Sequence record: NZ_CP022071.1
Length of the DNA: 64,000 nucleotides
Direction: 5' to 3' (one strand)
Origin: a plasmid
Shown: positions 9,620 to 18,386 of the stretch, one piece after another
Layout of the letters: every line of letters begins with the position of its first letter
Position numbering within the stretch: the first letter of the stretch is position 1
Notes under the pieces: model-generated
Told to the model about the DNA's origin: nothing
Database searches by the model: none
What the model saw: the letters and a program-made list of their open reading frames with translations, nothing else
Made by a program: the position numbers and the translations under genes

Positions 9620-11030
9620 TTACATGTCCTCCCTGGCTGCCGGACATAAACTGCTGTGGATTCAGGTCACCCAGCTGCTTCAGCATCTGGTCGGTGTTAA
9701 AGCCGTTCATATGGCTGTCGACTGACGGAGGTATAGGCACCGGGCTTTCCGCATTTTCATCCTCCTTCCGGTGACGGGCCTGCTCCTGTGCCATTTCTTC
9801 CACGGTTTTCAGCTGAAAACCGTCCTGAAACACCACGGTCACTTCATTACCGGCACCAATCGGGATCACCGGGTGATACTGCTCGGCACGTTTGATGTAA
9901 TAATCACTGAGTGTCTGTGCCGCTTTCGATGCACCACCACCAATCCCCATTCTGAACACATCGCCCGCGCCGTAAGTCGCAGTGGCCCCCAGCCCCACCG
10001 CCTGCTGGGATGCCCGCTCCATCCCCTGGCCGATACCGTCCACAAAACCGGCGCCCCACGCCCAGCCGAGGATTTTGCCATTACGCATCACCACTTCACC
10101 CTTGATGCCGTTCTTTCCACGGAAGCTGACATGTCCCTTAACCGACATGTCGATGGTTTTGCCGTCCTTCAGGCAGCTGATATTACGGGTACGTACTATC
10201 GCGCGTTCACTGGACACATCCCCCCAGGCTTCCAGACCCACAAAGCACCCTGTCAGGTCATATGTTTTACTGTTCGGCATCTCCACCGGGCCGGTAATGC
10301 GCAACTGCATAGGGACCGTCGATTCATTACCGGTGACGGAGGCATTGGCATCCGCTCCTTCGATCAGCATGGTTTTTGCAAAACTCCCGGACGGGATATA
10401 CGGCAGGGAGGGACCTTTCTTCGCGGCAGCGTCATAGCTGAACGTTTTACGCTGTATACGGTTCGGCACCGGCACGGACTGGTATGTCACCTGTGGCGGA
10501 GGCGTGACGCCATTCCCCGGATAAAAAGCGGTTGGCGGAGGAACGGCTCCCTGTGGCGGGAAGGTCATCGGCGTATTACCCGGCTGAGGTTCTCCTTCCG
10601 GACCGGGCGGTGAGACAGGTGTATGCGGCACGGGCTCTCCTGTGGTCGTCACCGGGTTCGCTCCCAGGGCCTTCACCTGTTCGGCCAGGGCGGCGTTGTC
10701 CTGCCCCAGCTTCTCAATACGACGCTGGTCGTCACCGCGCTGCTTATTCAGAACATCCAGCTCATGGCGGATTTCGTCGTACTGTTTCTGCATCTGCGCC
10801 GCCGTCACCTGCATTTCCGTGGTGGCATGCTGACGAACTTTGTCATCAAAGGTCGTGTCCACCACCCCGGTCATATCCGGTACCGGCTCCTGCTCTGCGG
10901 CCGTCCCGTTGCCACTCATGTCGACGTCAGACAGGTAAAGGCCTCCGCCAATGGCAGCGGCAGCCCCCACCGCAACAATCCCCAGCCAGATGTACTGTTT
11001 ACGCTTTACAACCGTATTGATGCTCGCCAT
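9609..11030 (-). CDS. traB: TraB (VirB10-like)
   Basis: 473 aa with an N-terminal TM segment, a coiled coil and a proline-rich linker, colinear with F TraB. Confidence 0.95.
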   Translation of the reverse strand: MASINTVVKRKQYIWLGIVAVGAAAAIGGGLYLSDVDMSGNGTAAEQEPVPDMTGVVDTTFDDKVRQHATTEMQVTAAQMQKQYDEIRHELDVLNKQRGDDQRRIEKLGQDNAALAEQVKALGANPVTTTGEPVPHTPVSPPGPEGEPQPGNTPMTFPPQGAVPPPTAFYPGNGVTPPPQVTYQSVPVPNRIQRKTFSYDAAAKKGPSLPYIPSGSFAKTMLIEGADANASVTGNESTVPMQLRITGPVEMPNSKTYDLTGCFVGLEAWGDVSSERAIVRTRNISCLKDGKTIDMSVKGHVSFRGKNGIKGEVVMRNGKILGWAWGAGFVDGIGQGMERASQQAVGLGATATYGAGDVFRMGIGGGASKAAQTLSDYYIKRAEQYHPVIPIGAGNEVTVVFQDGFQLKTVEEMAQEQARHRKEDENAESPVPIPPSVDSHMNGFNTDQMLKQLGDLNPQQFMSGSQGGHVNGK

Positions 11031-11770
11031 CAGTTGCCCTCCCCGTCACGGATGACGTACACGTCCATTCGTGCGCCGGCCAGTATCTGGCTGACGGGCT
11101 GGCTGAACATCACGGCGCGGGTTCCGGGCTGCCAGAAATCACTTTCCCTGATGTTCAGGGCTGACGGCATTTTATTTTCCACAGCAAACCGTACCAGTTT
11201 CAGGTGATTGCCGGTCCACACAGCGTCAGCCCGTGCAGACAGACCGGCCGGGGCCTGCAGCGCTTCTTTCGTGACGGGGATCTGATACCAGCCGGCAGGC
11301 AGCGTGCCTCCACGAACTGCCTGGCTGACGGCAACCAGCAGGGATTCATAAGGGGTGGCCGTTTCCCATGCGCCAGCCTCCTCCCCGGTTCCGCGCAGGT
11401 CGCTGACCAGTTGTACGGTGCGTCCGGCACCGGCCCGGGGGACGGCCCGGACGGAAAAGTTCAGCCCGCGCTCCGTCTCCAGAATGAAGGTGAACGGCTT
11501 TTTACTGACCGTGGCCACCACCACGCCGCCCGTGCCTGTCTGCTCACTGTTTGTCAGCATGCCGTCCAGACCGCTGACCGCAGTGATACGGTCACCCGGT
11601 ACCGTAAACAGGTTCGGGTCGGTGTTGCTGACAGCAATGTTCGCCTGACCGCCGTTAGCCAGGGACACCACCACCGGGGCCAGCGTACCGGAACCCGACG
11701 CCATCACCAGACCGGAAAATAACCATCCGGCCGCCAGTAAAAATGGCTTATACGGCTTATTTTTTCTCAT
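11030..11770 (-). CDS. traK: TraK (VirB9-like secretin-like)
   Basis: 246 aa, colinear with F TraK. Confidence 0.9.
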   Translation of the reverse strand: MRKNKPYKPFLLAAGWLFSGLVMASGSGTLAPVVVSLANGGQANIAVSNTDPNLFTVPGDRITAVSGLDGMLTNSEQTGTGGVVVATVSKKPFTFILETERGLNFSVRAVPRAGAGRTVQLVSDLRGTGEEAGAWETATPYESLLVAVSQAVRGGTLPAGWYQIPVTKEALQAPAGLSARADAVWTGNHLKLVRFAVENKMPSALNIRESDFWQPGTRAVMFSQPVSQILAGARMDVYVIRDGEGN

Positions 11771-12323
11771 CGTCAGTTTCCCCGAAATTATCCAGCCAGG
11801 TCACGCCGTTTTCCCGTTTCAGAATAAGAATGTAATGTTTGATGTCGGTAAACGGTTTTGAATCTCCAATCCAGGTTTTCAGCACACCGCGAATTTCCAC
11901 GCGGCCATACTGTGGCCAGACCCTGACACTGGTCTGGAAAAAAGCGGAGTTAACGTTGTCGGCCTTAATTCGTCTCGCTTCTTCTGCCAGAATGACTTTC
12001 ATTTGGTTCTGTGCGCCCGGACGAATATATTGCAGAAGTGCCTGGTGTGACGCGTCGACGGTTTCTGACGACACATTCAGACGCAGGGCAATAAACGACA
12101 GCGCCATCTGCTGTAAATAAGAGGCATCGGCACTGTTCTGTGACACCGCAAAGGACGCGTTAAATCCCATAGGAGTGACCGCCGTGCGTTGCTCATTCTG
12201 CAGCCGGTAGTTATTAATACCCTGAATGACATTCACGGCCAGACTGAGCACAATCAGCAGGGCCATAAAAATAAAACTTATTGCCAGTACGCGGCTGGTA
12301 CTTAAACGGGCGCCGTGTTCCAT
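11757..12323 (-). CDS. traE: TraE
   Basis: 188 aa, the same length as F TraE, with an N-terminal TM segment. Confidence 0.9.
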   Translation of the reverse strand: MEHGARLSTSRVLAISFIFMALLIVLSLAVNVIQGINNYRLQNEQRTAVTPMGFNASFAVSQNSADASYLQQMALSFIALRLNVSSETVDASHQALLQYIRPGAQNQMKVILAEEARRIKADNVNSAFFQTSVRVWPQYGRVEIRGVLKTWIGDSKPFTDIKHYILILKRENGVTWLDNFGETDDEKK

Positions 12324-12344
12324 ATACTCATCCCGGAATAATGA

Positions 12345-12656
12345 TTACTTAATCCACTGCCGGAAACACGAATCGGGAACGTTATGAAAAATACCGCGAA
12401 GCAGGGCTGTCGGCATATACCAGTAAATCAGGTCACGCAGCCAGGAGCTTCCCCGCCCTTTTTTCAGTTTTCTTATCCCGAAATAAACCAGAACCGCAGC
12501 GCTGATGCCGAAAAGTTGTTTTGATGTCATTAATCCCCAGCCAATACAGACAGCAGCAGGAATTAATTCATCCACCGGCAGGCCAAACCAGCGGCTCTGG
12601 TTGGTCAGTGTTTCCGGGAAACGATATTTCCTGAGTTTATTCTCGTCTCCCGACAT
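12345..12656 (-). CDS. traL: TraL
   Basis: Internal start [27 protein letters not shown]... equals F TraL. The ORF-track ORF is over-extended. Confidence 0.85.
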   Translation of the reverse strand: MSGDENKLRKYRFPETLTNQSRWFGLPVDELIPAAVCIGWGLMTSKQLFGISAAVLVYFGIRKLKKGRGSSWLRDLIYWYMPTALLRGIFHNVPDSCFRQWIK

Positions 12657-12670
12657 GGTCTTATTTCCTG

Positions 12671-13033
12671 TCAGAGGCCGACGACAGCCATACCAACGGC
12701 AATAAAGACCGAGATGATGGCAAAACCCGCCAGGAATTTGACGTTCTTGGTCATCATGTACATCACGGCACCGACCAGCACTTCCGCGAGAATAACCCAC
12801 TTGACGGCGCTGGAATCCTTACCAAATGTCGCCTTGACCGTACCGTTACCGCTGGCCATCAGGTCCTGCGAACCGCCGGCAGCCATTGCCAGTTGCGGGA
12901 AAAAGAATATCAGTACTGCCGCCGGGATCACTGCGCGGGCAAGTTTCAGCAGGTTCAGACGTGTGAACGTAGACAGAAACGATTTCTTTTTAACGGGCGC
13001 AGAAGCACCCTGAACACTTAAAATAGCGCTCAT
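12671..13033 (-). CDS. traA: TraA propilin (F-pilin)
   Basis: [20 protein letters not shown]...[24 protein letters not shown]...; 120 aa and F-pilin-like. Confidence 0.95.
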   Translation of the reverse strand: MSAILSVQGASAPVKKKSFLSTFTRLNLLKLARAVIPAAVLIFFFPQLAMAAGGSQDLMASGNGTVKATFGKDSSAVKWVILAEVLVGAVMYMMTKNVKFLAGFAIISVFIAVGMAVVGL

Positions 13034-13074
13034 ATGGTTCCTCTTTTGAGTAATATCAACTATGAATATGAAAG

Positions 13075-13302
13075 TTAAATCTCTTTAAATGTGGACTCTG
13101 TTTCTTCAATTACCTCCCTGAAAATTTCTTCATTATAGAAATCCGGATATCGTTTCAGATGATCCCTCAGACGAATCTGAACTTCTATTGTTTTACTTCT
13201 TCCACTCCGATCTTTAGCCCTGATAAGACGGTTATTCGTATCTTCATCGAGATACACTGAGACAGTTCGACTTATCCCCTCTCTTGCGTTTCTCCTCCTC
13301 AC
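13075..13302 (-). CDS. traY: TraY relaxosome accessory protein (ribbon-helix-helix), GTG start
   Basis: The 75-aa version V/MRRRNAREGISRTVSVYLDEDTNNRLIRAKDRSGRSKTIEVQIRLRDHLKRYPDFYNEEIFREV matches R100-type TraY. Confidence 0.8.
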   Translation of the reverse strand: MRRRNAREGISRTVSVYLDEDTNNRLIRAKDRSGRSKTIEVQIRLRDHLKRYPDFYNEEIFREVIEETESTFKEI

Positions 13303-13395
13303 AAATTCACCTCTGCTTACACGACTAATAAACTTATGATTACACGGAAAACGGCAAAAAAAAACACGCCAAAAATGGCGCGCCTTAATTAACAT

Positions 13396-14082
13396 TCACT
13401 TAACACAATAAAATTCACGAATAATGTCTATCAATGATATTATTTTACCTTTAGAAATACATGATATTCTGAATGAATCGAAAGATTCATAATTCCTTTT
13501 AATTTTACGCTTAACAGGTTTGATTCTGTCTTCTGATGCTCTGATAGTAATACCTAATTCTTTAGCTATATTTGCGTGACTAACTCCTAATGTATAAAAA
13601 GAAAAAACAAGCAAAGTTCCGGGGGACAGTTCGTTCCAGAATGATTCAGTTCCTGAGAGAGACAAATTTTTAGTTTTTGTGTCAGGAGAAAAAAATGGAT
13701 GATCTGGAAATAAATTTATCTGCCACAACACAATTATCTCATTATTATCGAATGAAATATTCTCCATTCTTATCTGATAAATTTCCCCATGAAAATTAAA
13801 ACGCCGGCAAAAAGCAGCTCCATGTCCAAGCGACTGACATTCAAGTTCCAGGGATGACAGAAAAACTTCAACCCCATAACGATTATAACTATCTCCCGAA
13901 AGAGGCTGATCCTCTTTAGAGAAGAGTTCAATAAAGGCTCCATTTGCGTAAATGATTTTCCGACTTTGATTACGGACGCAAACAGGGACTGGTGAGTTTT
14001 TATAGATATCCTGAATACTCAGAATGTATTTATTTACAGATTGACTGGCGAGTGTTCTTTCTCTACGATCCGTCGGACACAT
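13396..14082 (-). CDS. traJ: TraJ transfer activator
   Basis: 228-aa ORF in low-GC sequence directly upstream of traY, at the canonical traJ position. Confidence 0.8.
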   Translation of the reverse strand: MCPTDRRERTLASQSVNKYILSIQDIYKNSPVPVCVRNQSRKIIYANGAFIELFSKEDQPLSGDSYNRYGVEVFLSSLELECQSLGHGAAFCRRFNFHGEIYQIRMENISFDNNEIIVLWQINLFPDHPFFSPDTKTKNLSLSGTESFWNELSPGTLLVFSFYTLGVSHANIAKELGITIRASEDRIKPVKRKIKRNYESFDSFRISCISKGKIISLIDIIREFYCVK

Positions 14083-14170
14083 AGGAACCTCCTCAAAGGA
14101 TTCTATGGACAGTCGATGCAGGGAGTGACAGCTCCCTGTATCGGCGATTTAACTTGTTTTTTTAACGTAG
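14065..14170 (+). ncRNA. finP: FinP-like antisense RNA to the traJ leader
   Basis: Two stem-loops on the plus strand: SLI ~14081-14109, whose loop is complementary to the traJ RBS (cctcct), and SLII 14118-14146 (gatgcagggag...ctccctgtatc). A T-run follows at 14161-14170. Confidence 0.45.
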
Positions 14171-14274
14171 CGTTAACTACAAAGACACTATATTGTTTTC
14201 AGCCTTAATTTGTCACTATATTTTTATAGATCAACATACTTTTATTTAAACTAAATCAGGATTTAATCCCGCTA

Positions 14275-14655
14275 TTATTCTTCATTTTCATGGAAAAATC
14301 TTTCCATCTCTGAAGATACTTTTTCTTTGATATCTTCAACCATATTTGCATATTCAAATTTTGGATTTCCGGCGACATGAGGGCTGAGAGATCCTATACC
14401 TAAAATTTTGGCTACGGATGACTGTGTTTTAAGTACATTTTCAAGTAATACTTTATTGAATTCTGTCTGATTAAATGGCGACTCCTTACGCTCCATTTGT
14501 GCCTCATAGACACGAAGCCCTAATTCCAGCAACATCGAAGATGTACCAGAAAAACTGATATCTTTATCTCTCGCCCCTTCCTGGCGTCGTTTTTCCACAA
14601 TAGCAGTTATTTTATTGTGTACCTCATTACTTATATATACATTGACTTTAGCCAT
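14275..14655 (-). CDS. traM: TraM relaxosome protein
   Basis: MAKVNVYISNEVHNKITAIVEKRRQEGARDKDISFSGTSSMLLELGLRV..., near-identical to F TraM. Confidence 0.9.
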   Translation of the reverse strand: MAKVNVYISNEVHNKITAIVEKRRQEGARDKDISFSGTSSMLLELGLRVYEAQMERKESPFNQTEFNKVLLENVLKTQSSVAKILGIGSLSPHVAGNPKFEYANMVEDIKEKVSSEMERFFHENEE

Positions 14656-14699
14656 TCACTATCACCTTTTTTCCGCAACGAATAAGAACATTATAAACT

Positions 14700-14995
14700 C
14701 CGGATTCAGGAGCACTCTGTAAGGGGTAACACCCCTGGCAGCGCCCCCAGGGGTGTTACTTAAAAACAGGCACAGCGACGCTAGCAGCGCCCCTGATATA
14801 ATGCAATGTTTTTTATAAAAATAGTCAGTACTACCCCTGTATAGCGTCGTCATAGCGGTGCCGGCGACGTGCCTGCACCGCTATTTAATACATTAAAATA
14901 AATTAAATTACATTATTATGAACATAACTCACTGTTACTAAAAACAAATCAGAAAAATTTTAATTTTGCGTGGGGTGTGGTGCTTTTGGTGGTGA
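14700..14995. promoter_or_regulatory. oriT: oriT with the F-type nic site (gcgtggggtgt|ggtgcttt at 14968-14986) and upstream inverted repeats (14727-14759)
   Basis: Exact match to the canonical F nic motif TTTGCGTGGGGTGTGGTGCTTT. It lies between traM and gene X. There are 13-bp inverted repeats gtaacacccctgg/ccaggggtgttac. Confidence 0.8.
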
Positions 14996-15069
14996 GGACG
15001 GCAAATTTGTTGAGTATGGAGTTGGAGTGGGTTAAGTTATTACCGGATGACTACGCAAGAGGCAAATTA

Positions 15070-15540
15070 ATGTATAAATGGCTCCTGTCTGTCCTCCTGG
15101 TATTAATGAGCACGGTAGTCCATGCCGCTGACTGTTTTGATCTGGCCGGGAGAGACTATAAAATAGATCCGGATTTACTGCGGGCGATTTCATGGAAGGA
15201 ATCCCGTAACCGGGCTAATGCCGTCGGTATTAATCCGGTTACGGGATATGGCTCGGGGTTAATACAGGTTGACTCTCAGCACTTTAACGAACTGGCTCGT
15301 TATGGAATAAAACCGGAACAACTTGTCTCCGATCCCTGCCTGAATATTTACACCGGAGCTTATTATCTGGCAATCGCATTCAGAAAGTGGGGGGTATCCT
15401 GGACAGCAGTCGGAGCGTACAACGCCGGATTTAAAAAGACTCCCCTTCAGGATGCACGTCGTCTGGACTATGCGACTGATGTACACCGAATCTGGATCGC
15501 GATAAAACAAAGTAAAACCAGGCAGACTCCCGCCCGATGA
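15070..15540 (+). CDS. Gene X / orf169 lytic transglycosylase (SLT domain) with signal peptide
   Basis: [19 protein letters not shown]..., then the SLT motifs [16 protein letters not shown] and GLIQV. It occupies the first leading-region position after oriT. Confidence 0.85.
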   Translation: MYKWLLSVLLVLMSTVVHAADCFDLAGRDYKIDPDLLRAISWKESRNRANAVGINPVTGYGSGLIQVDSQHFNELARYGIKPEQLVSDPCLNIYTGAYYLAIAFRKWGVSWTAVGAYNAGFKKTPLQDARRLDYATDVHRIWIAIKQSKTRQTPAR

Positions 15541-15795
15541 TCCCCTTTTTGTATCCGGCAAGCAGAAGAAGGGATAATATTATCAACCGAAACCCATATA
15601 TTTTTTATGCCGCATAGCAGAATGGAATAAACACAGAAATGTAATACTGACTGCCCGGAATCCCGCGAAACGGGAACCCGTTATCATATCTTCTTCCACC
15701 CTGTCAGATCCGTTTTTATCGCTGGCACATAAATGACAGAAAACGATGAAGTCTGTTGATTAAAATGGGATGTTACAGACAATCTGACAATGTCC

Positions 15796-15850
15796 GGGAA
15801 GAATAACATAAGTAAAGCCCCGAAAAATTTTCGGGGCTTTACTTATGTTA
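15796..15850. repeat. Near-perfect ~52-bp palindrome (hairpin)
   Basis: aataacataagtaaagccccgaaaa|ttttcggggctttacttatgttatt. Confidence 0.6.
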
Positions 15851-16062
15851 TTATGACTTACATTCACGAAACTGTTCAGCAATCATCCACAGCGCCTTGT
15901 TTAACCGGATATCACCATTAATACCGGTAACTGCCCTGATCCGGGTGTTTTTTCCGGGGCATTCCTGCCGGGTAACCCACTCTTCATCATATTCTTCTGT
16001 ACACGCTGATATGTTGTCCACAGGTCATTTTGTTTATCTTCCCGACGACGTGGAGTAATTAT

Positions 16063-16407
16063 TTATTCAGGAGAAACAGGGATTTTATTTTCGTCCTCAT
16101 ATCTGACAGTCAGTGCCGCTTTACCAAACAGATATTGCTCATCCTGATTAAGTATCACTGACTTCATTGACTCCATATTTTCGGTGGCTTTATCGAAGAT
16201 CCCCATAACCTCATAATCCCCCTCAATCACCTGCCCAACAATATCTCCCTTGTGTGGCACACGTATTTCACCAAAATGATCCGCATACCAGTCCATTTGT
16301 ACAGATAAATCTGAACAGCCCGGGAACCATCTGATAACTTGACGAACCGTCATGAGAATTGAGCAAAATAATTTCCGGAACCTCTTTCCCATTAATCTGT
16401 CATTCAC
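16063..16407 (-). CDS. Leading-region hypothetical protein (downstream member of a coupled pair)
   Basis: 114-aa ORF whose start overlaps the stop of ORF 16400..16669 by 8 nt. Confidence 0.35.
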   Translation of the reverse strand: MNDRLMGKRFRKLFCSILMTVRQVIRWFPGCSDLSVQMDWYADHFGEIRVPHKGDIVGQVIEGDYEVMGIFDKATENMESMKSVILNQDEQYLFGKAALTVRYEDENKIPVSPE

Positions 16408-16669
16408 GACGAAAACGCAGCATATGTTTACTGTATTCCCGGCGACTTAAATCACGTACACGACTCTGGCAGGCAAAGAACGACTGAAAACCTTCCTCAC
16501 GTAACCTGTTGATGATATTAATGGTTGGAATATAAGTATAACGTTCGCTCCGGGATTCATGTTTGTCTCCGGAAAAAACTGAAGGCACAGTCTGCATTAA
16601 TTCAGCGTCAGCCAAAGGACTCTCACGACGAATGGAATTCTGTCTACCAAAACGGGAAGCGAGTCTCAT
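16400..16669 (-). CDS. Leading-region hypothetical protein (upstream member of a coupled pair)
   Basis: 89 aa, MRLASRFGRQNSIRRESPLADAELMQTVPSVF... Confidence 0.4.
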   Translation of the reverse strand: MRLASRFGRQNSIRRESPLADAELMQTVPSVFSGDKHESRSERYTYIPTINIINRLREEGFQSFFACQSRVRDLSRREYSKHMLRFRRE

Positions 16670-17178
16670 AACGTATTCCTTATATAATTAATGAAAAAAT
16701 TCTGAAGAAAAAGCAGTGACCGGAGACACCGCCATTTCCGTTAACACTCAAGTAACAAAAGCGGGTGTTATTCAACAACGCTCCCCTTTAATCCCCTCGG
16801 TGAAGCCGGTGATCCAGTCACGTACAGACCGGATAAAACCATACTGAATACCGTAATGATCTGCGGCTTCCTGACCATACGCGACACTCATGGCCGCACG
16901 ATCAGCAGCGGCTACCAGCTGGCTTTTCATTTTTTCCACCATCTTTCAGTAGATTCAAAGTTACGCATGATATCTCCTTTCGATAACGGGGCGGGGATAT
17001 TCCCCGCCATCCGGGTCACTTCCTGAGTTCAGTTCCGGCAAACTGCGCCATCAGGTGAAGCATATGTGCTATTTCATCCACTTTTTGCTGCAATGGCGGC
17101 GTTGCCACCGGGATGAGCCGGATTTGTACCTCCAGCTGATCCATCAGCCGGGCGGTCTGCGTTTCCAGACGGGCTTTA

Positions 17179-17916
17179 TCAGGGAAGTCGCCCGGGCCTC
17201 CGGTTCGTCAGCTTGTTGGGTACCTGCCAACGTTCGGCCTCGCGCACATATACCGGGTTTTCCCGGACGATGAACCAGATTTCATACATCACGTTGTACA
17301 GCGGCTCATCACTGTCGCGCAGCCAGTCCAGCGACGTCAGCGAGGTAAACCGCGTCCGCCACTGCCAGAACCCCTGCGCCAGCTCCCGCGCGTCAAACTC
17401 GTCAGCCCAGCGCGTATACCAGGCATTGACGGTTTCCGGCGACTGAAAGTTAAGCTCCGTCATGGCCTGCCCCAGCAGGTTCTGGCGCAGCAGCCAGGCA
17501 TGTTCCAGCGCTTTTTCCTCCCGGCGCATTTTGCGGTTAAAGGCGATTTTCTCACGCTGCATCCGGCGATCTGTGCGCGCGTGTATCACCTCCGGGAACA
17601 GTTCGGCCTGCACATCCACGGAGAGTGGTAGCGGGCAATACTCCCCGTGACTGGAGATGAGGCGATCCAGCGCCTCTTCCACCTGTTTCAGGCTGGTCAG
17701 CCGGTTCTTCGGCTCCCAGTTCAGACCGGGAATACGCTGTGCCACTGTCGTGTTAATCCGGCTGCTGCCGCTCAGCACGCGCAAAAAAGTACGCGCATGT
17801 GGCAGGGCGGGCAGACGTGCTCCACGGCGGCGGGATTCTTCCACCGTCAGAATGGCCTGTAATGCCGCCTGACGGGCTGGCTTCAGGGTAACCAGGGCGT
17901 GTGAAGAGTGGATCAT
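17179..17916 (-). CDS. psiA: PsiA (plasmid SOS inhibition protein A)
   Basis: 245 aa immediately downstream of psiB and overlapping its stop. Same size and position as F PsiA. Confidence 0.8.
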   Translation of the reverse strand: MIHSSHALVTLKPARQAALQAILTVEESRRRGARLPALPHARTFLRVLSGSSRINTTVAQRIPGLNWEPKNRLTSLKQVEEALDRLISSHGEYCPLPLSVDVQAELFPEVIHARTDRRMQREKIAFNRKMRREEKALEHAWLLRQNLLGQAMTELNFQSPETVNAWYTRWADEFDARELAQGFWQWRTRFTSLTSLDWLRDSDEPLYNVMYEIWFIVRENPVYVREAERWQVPNKLTNRRPGRLP

Positions 17917-18347
17917 GCTGCGCCCTCCATCGCCAGAACGCTGATGATGCTGGCCTGACTGTAACCATCGGCATCAAGGTGAGCCACCAGGCTGAGTGTA
18001 TGCGTGATAACCTCCGGCGACCAGGCTGGCAGCGTGCGGATAACAGAGAACGGGCGACCGCTGACCGGAATAAAGACCACCATCCAGGACGGGCTGATAT
18101 CCCCGGGACTGCATACCGCCAGGCTGAAATTGCCGCGGGATGGCGTGAAACGGATCTGCACCGGGAAAAAACCACCAAACTCACTGCGATATTCGCCGTT
18201 CATGTCCCAGCCTGCGGGACATGTCAGGTCACGCATCGCGGCGTGGGTCAGTTCACGGCGCAGGTCTTCGCCGCCGTCGCGCCAGTCTTCGAATTCCTGG
18301 GGGATCATTGTACTCAATACAGCGGGGGTAATAATGTTACGCATCAT
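17913..18347 (-). CDS. psiB: PsiB (plasmid SOS inhibition protein B)
   Basis: Contains the motifs RRELTHAAMRDL...NGEYRSEFGGFFPVQIRFTP...CSPGD, as in F PsiB. Confidence 0.9.
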   Translation of the reverse strand: MMRNIITPAVLSTMIPQEFEDWRDGGEDLRRELTHAAMRDLTCPAGWDMNGEYRSEFGGFFPVQIRFTPSRGNFSLAVCSPGDISPSWMVVFIPVSGRPFSVIRTLPAWSPEVITHTLSLVAHLDADGYSQASIISVLAMEGAA

Positions 18348-18386
18348 TTTCTCCTTGCTGCCGCCCCCGAAGGGCGGCCTCCGTTA

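Noticed and set aside
9771-10613. 280-aa plus-strand ORF and neighbours (9982..10437, 10532..11020, 10623..11207)
   Set aside because: Antisense to traB/traK. Composition-driven open frames with no motifs.
16700-17180. hok/sok (flm) toxin-antitoxin expected between psiA and gene X by analogy with F
   Set aside because: No ~50-aa hydrophobic Hok-like peptide or mok/sok fold-back was found. The small ORFs present are hydrophilic.
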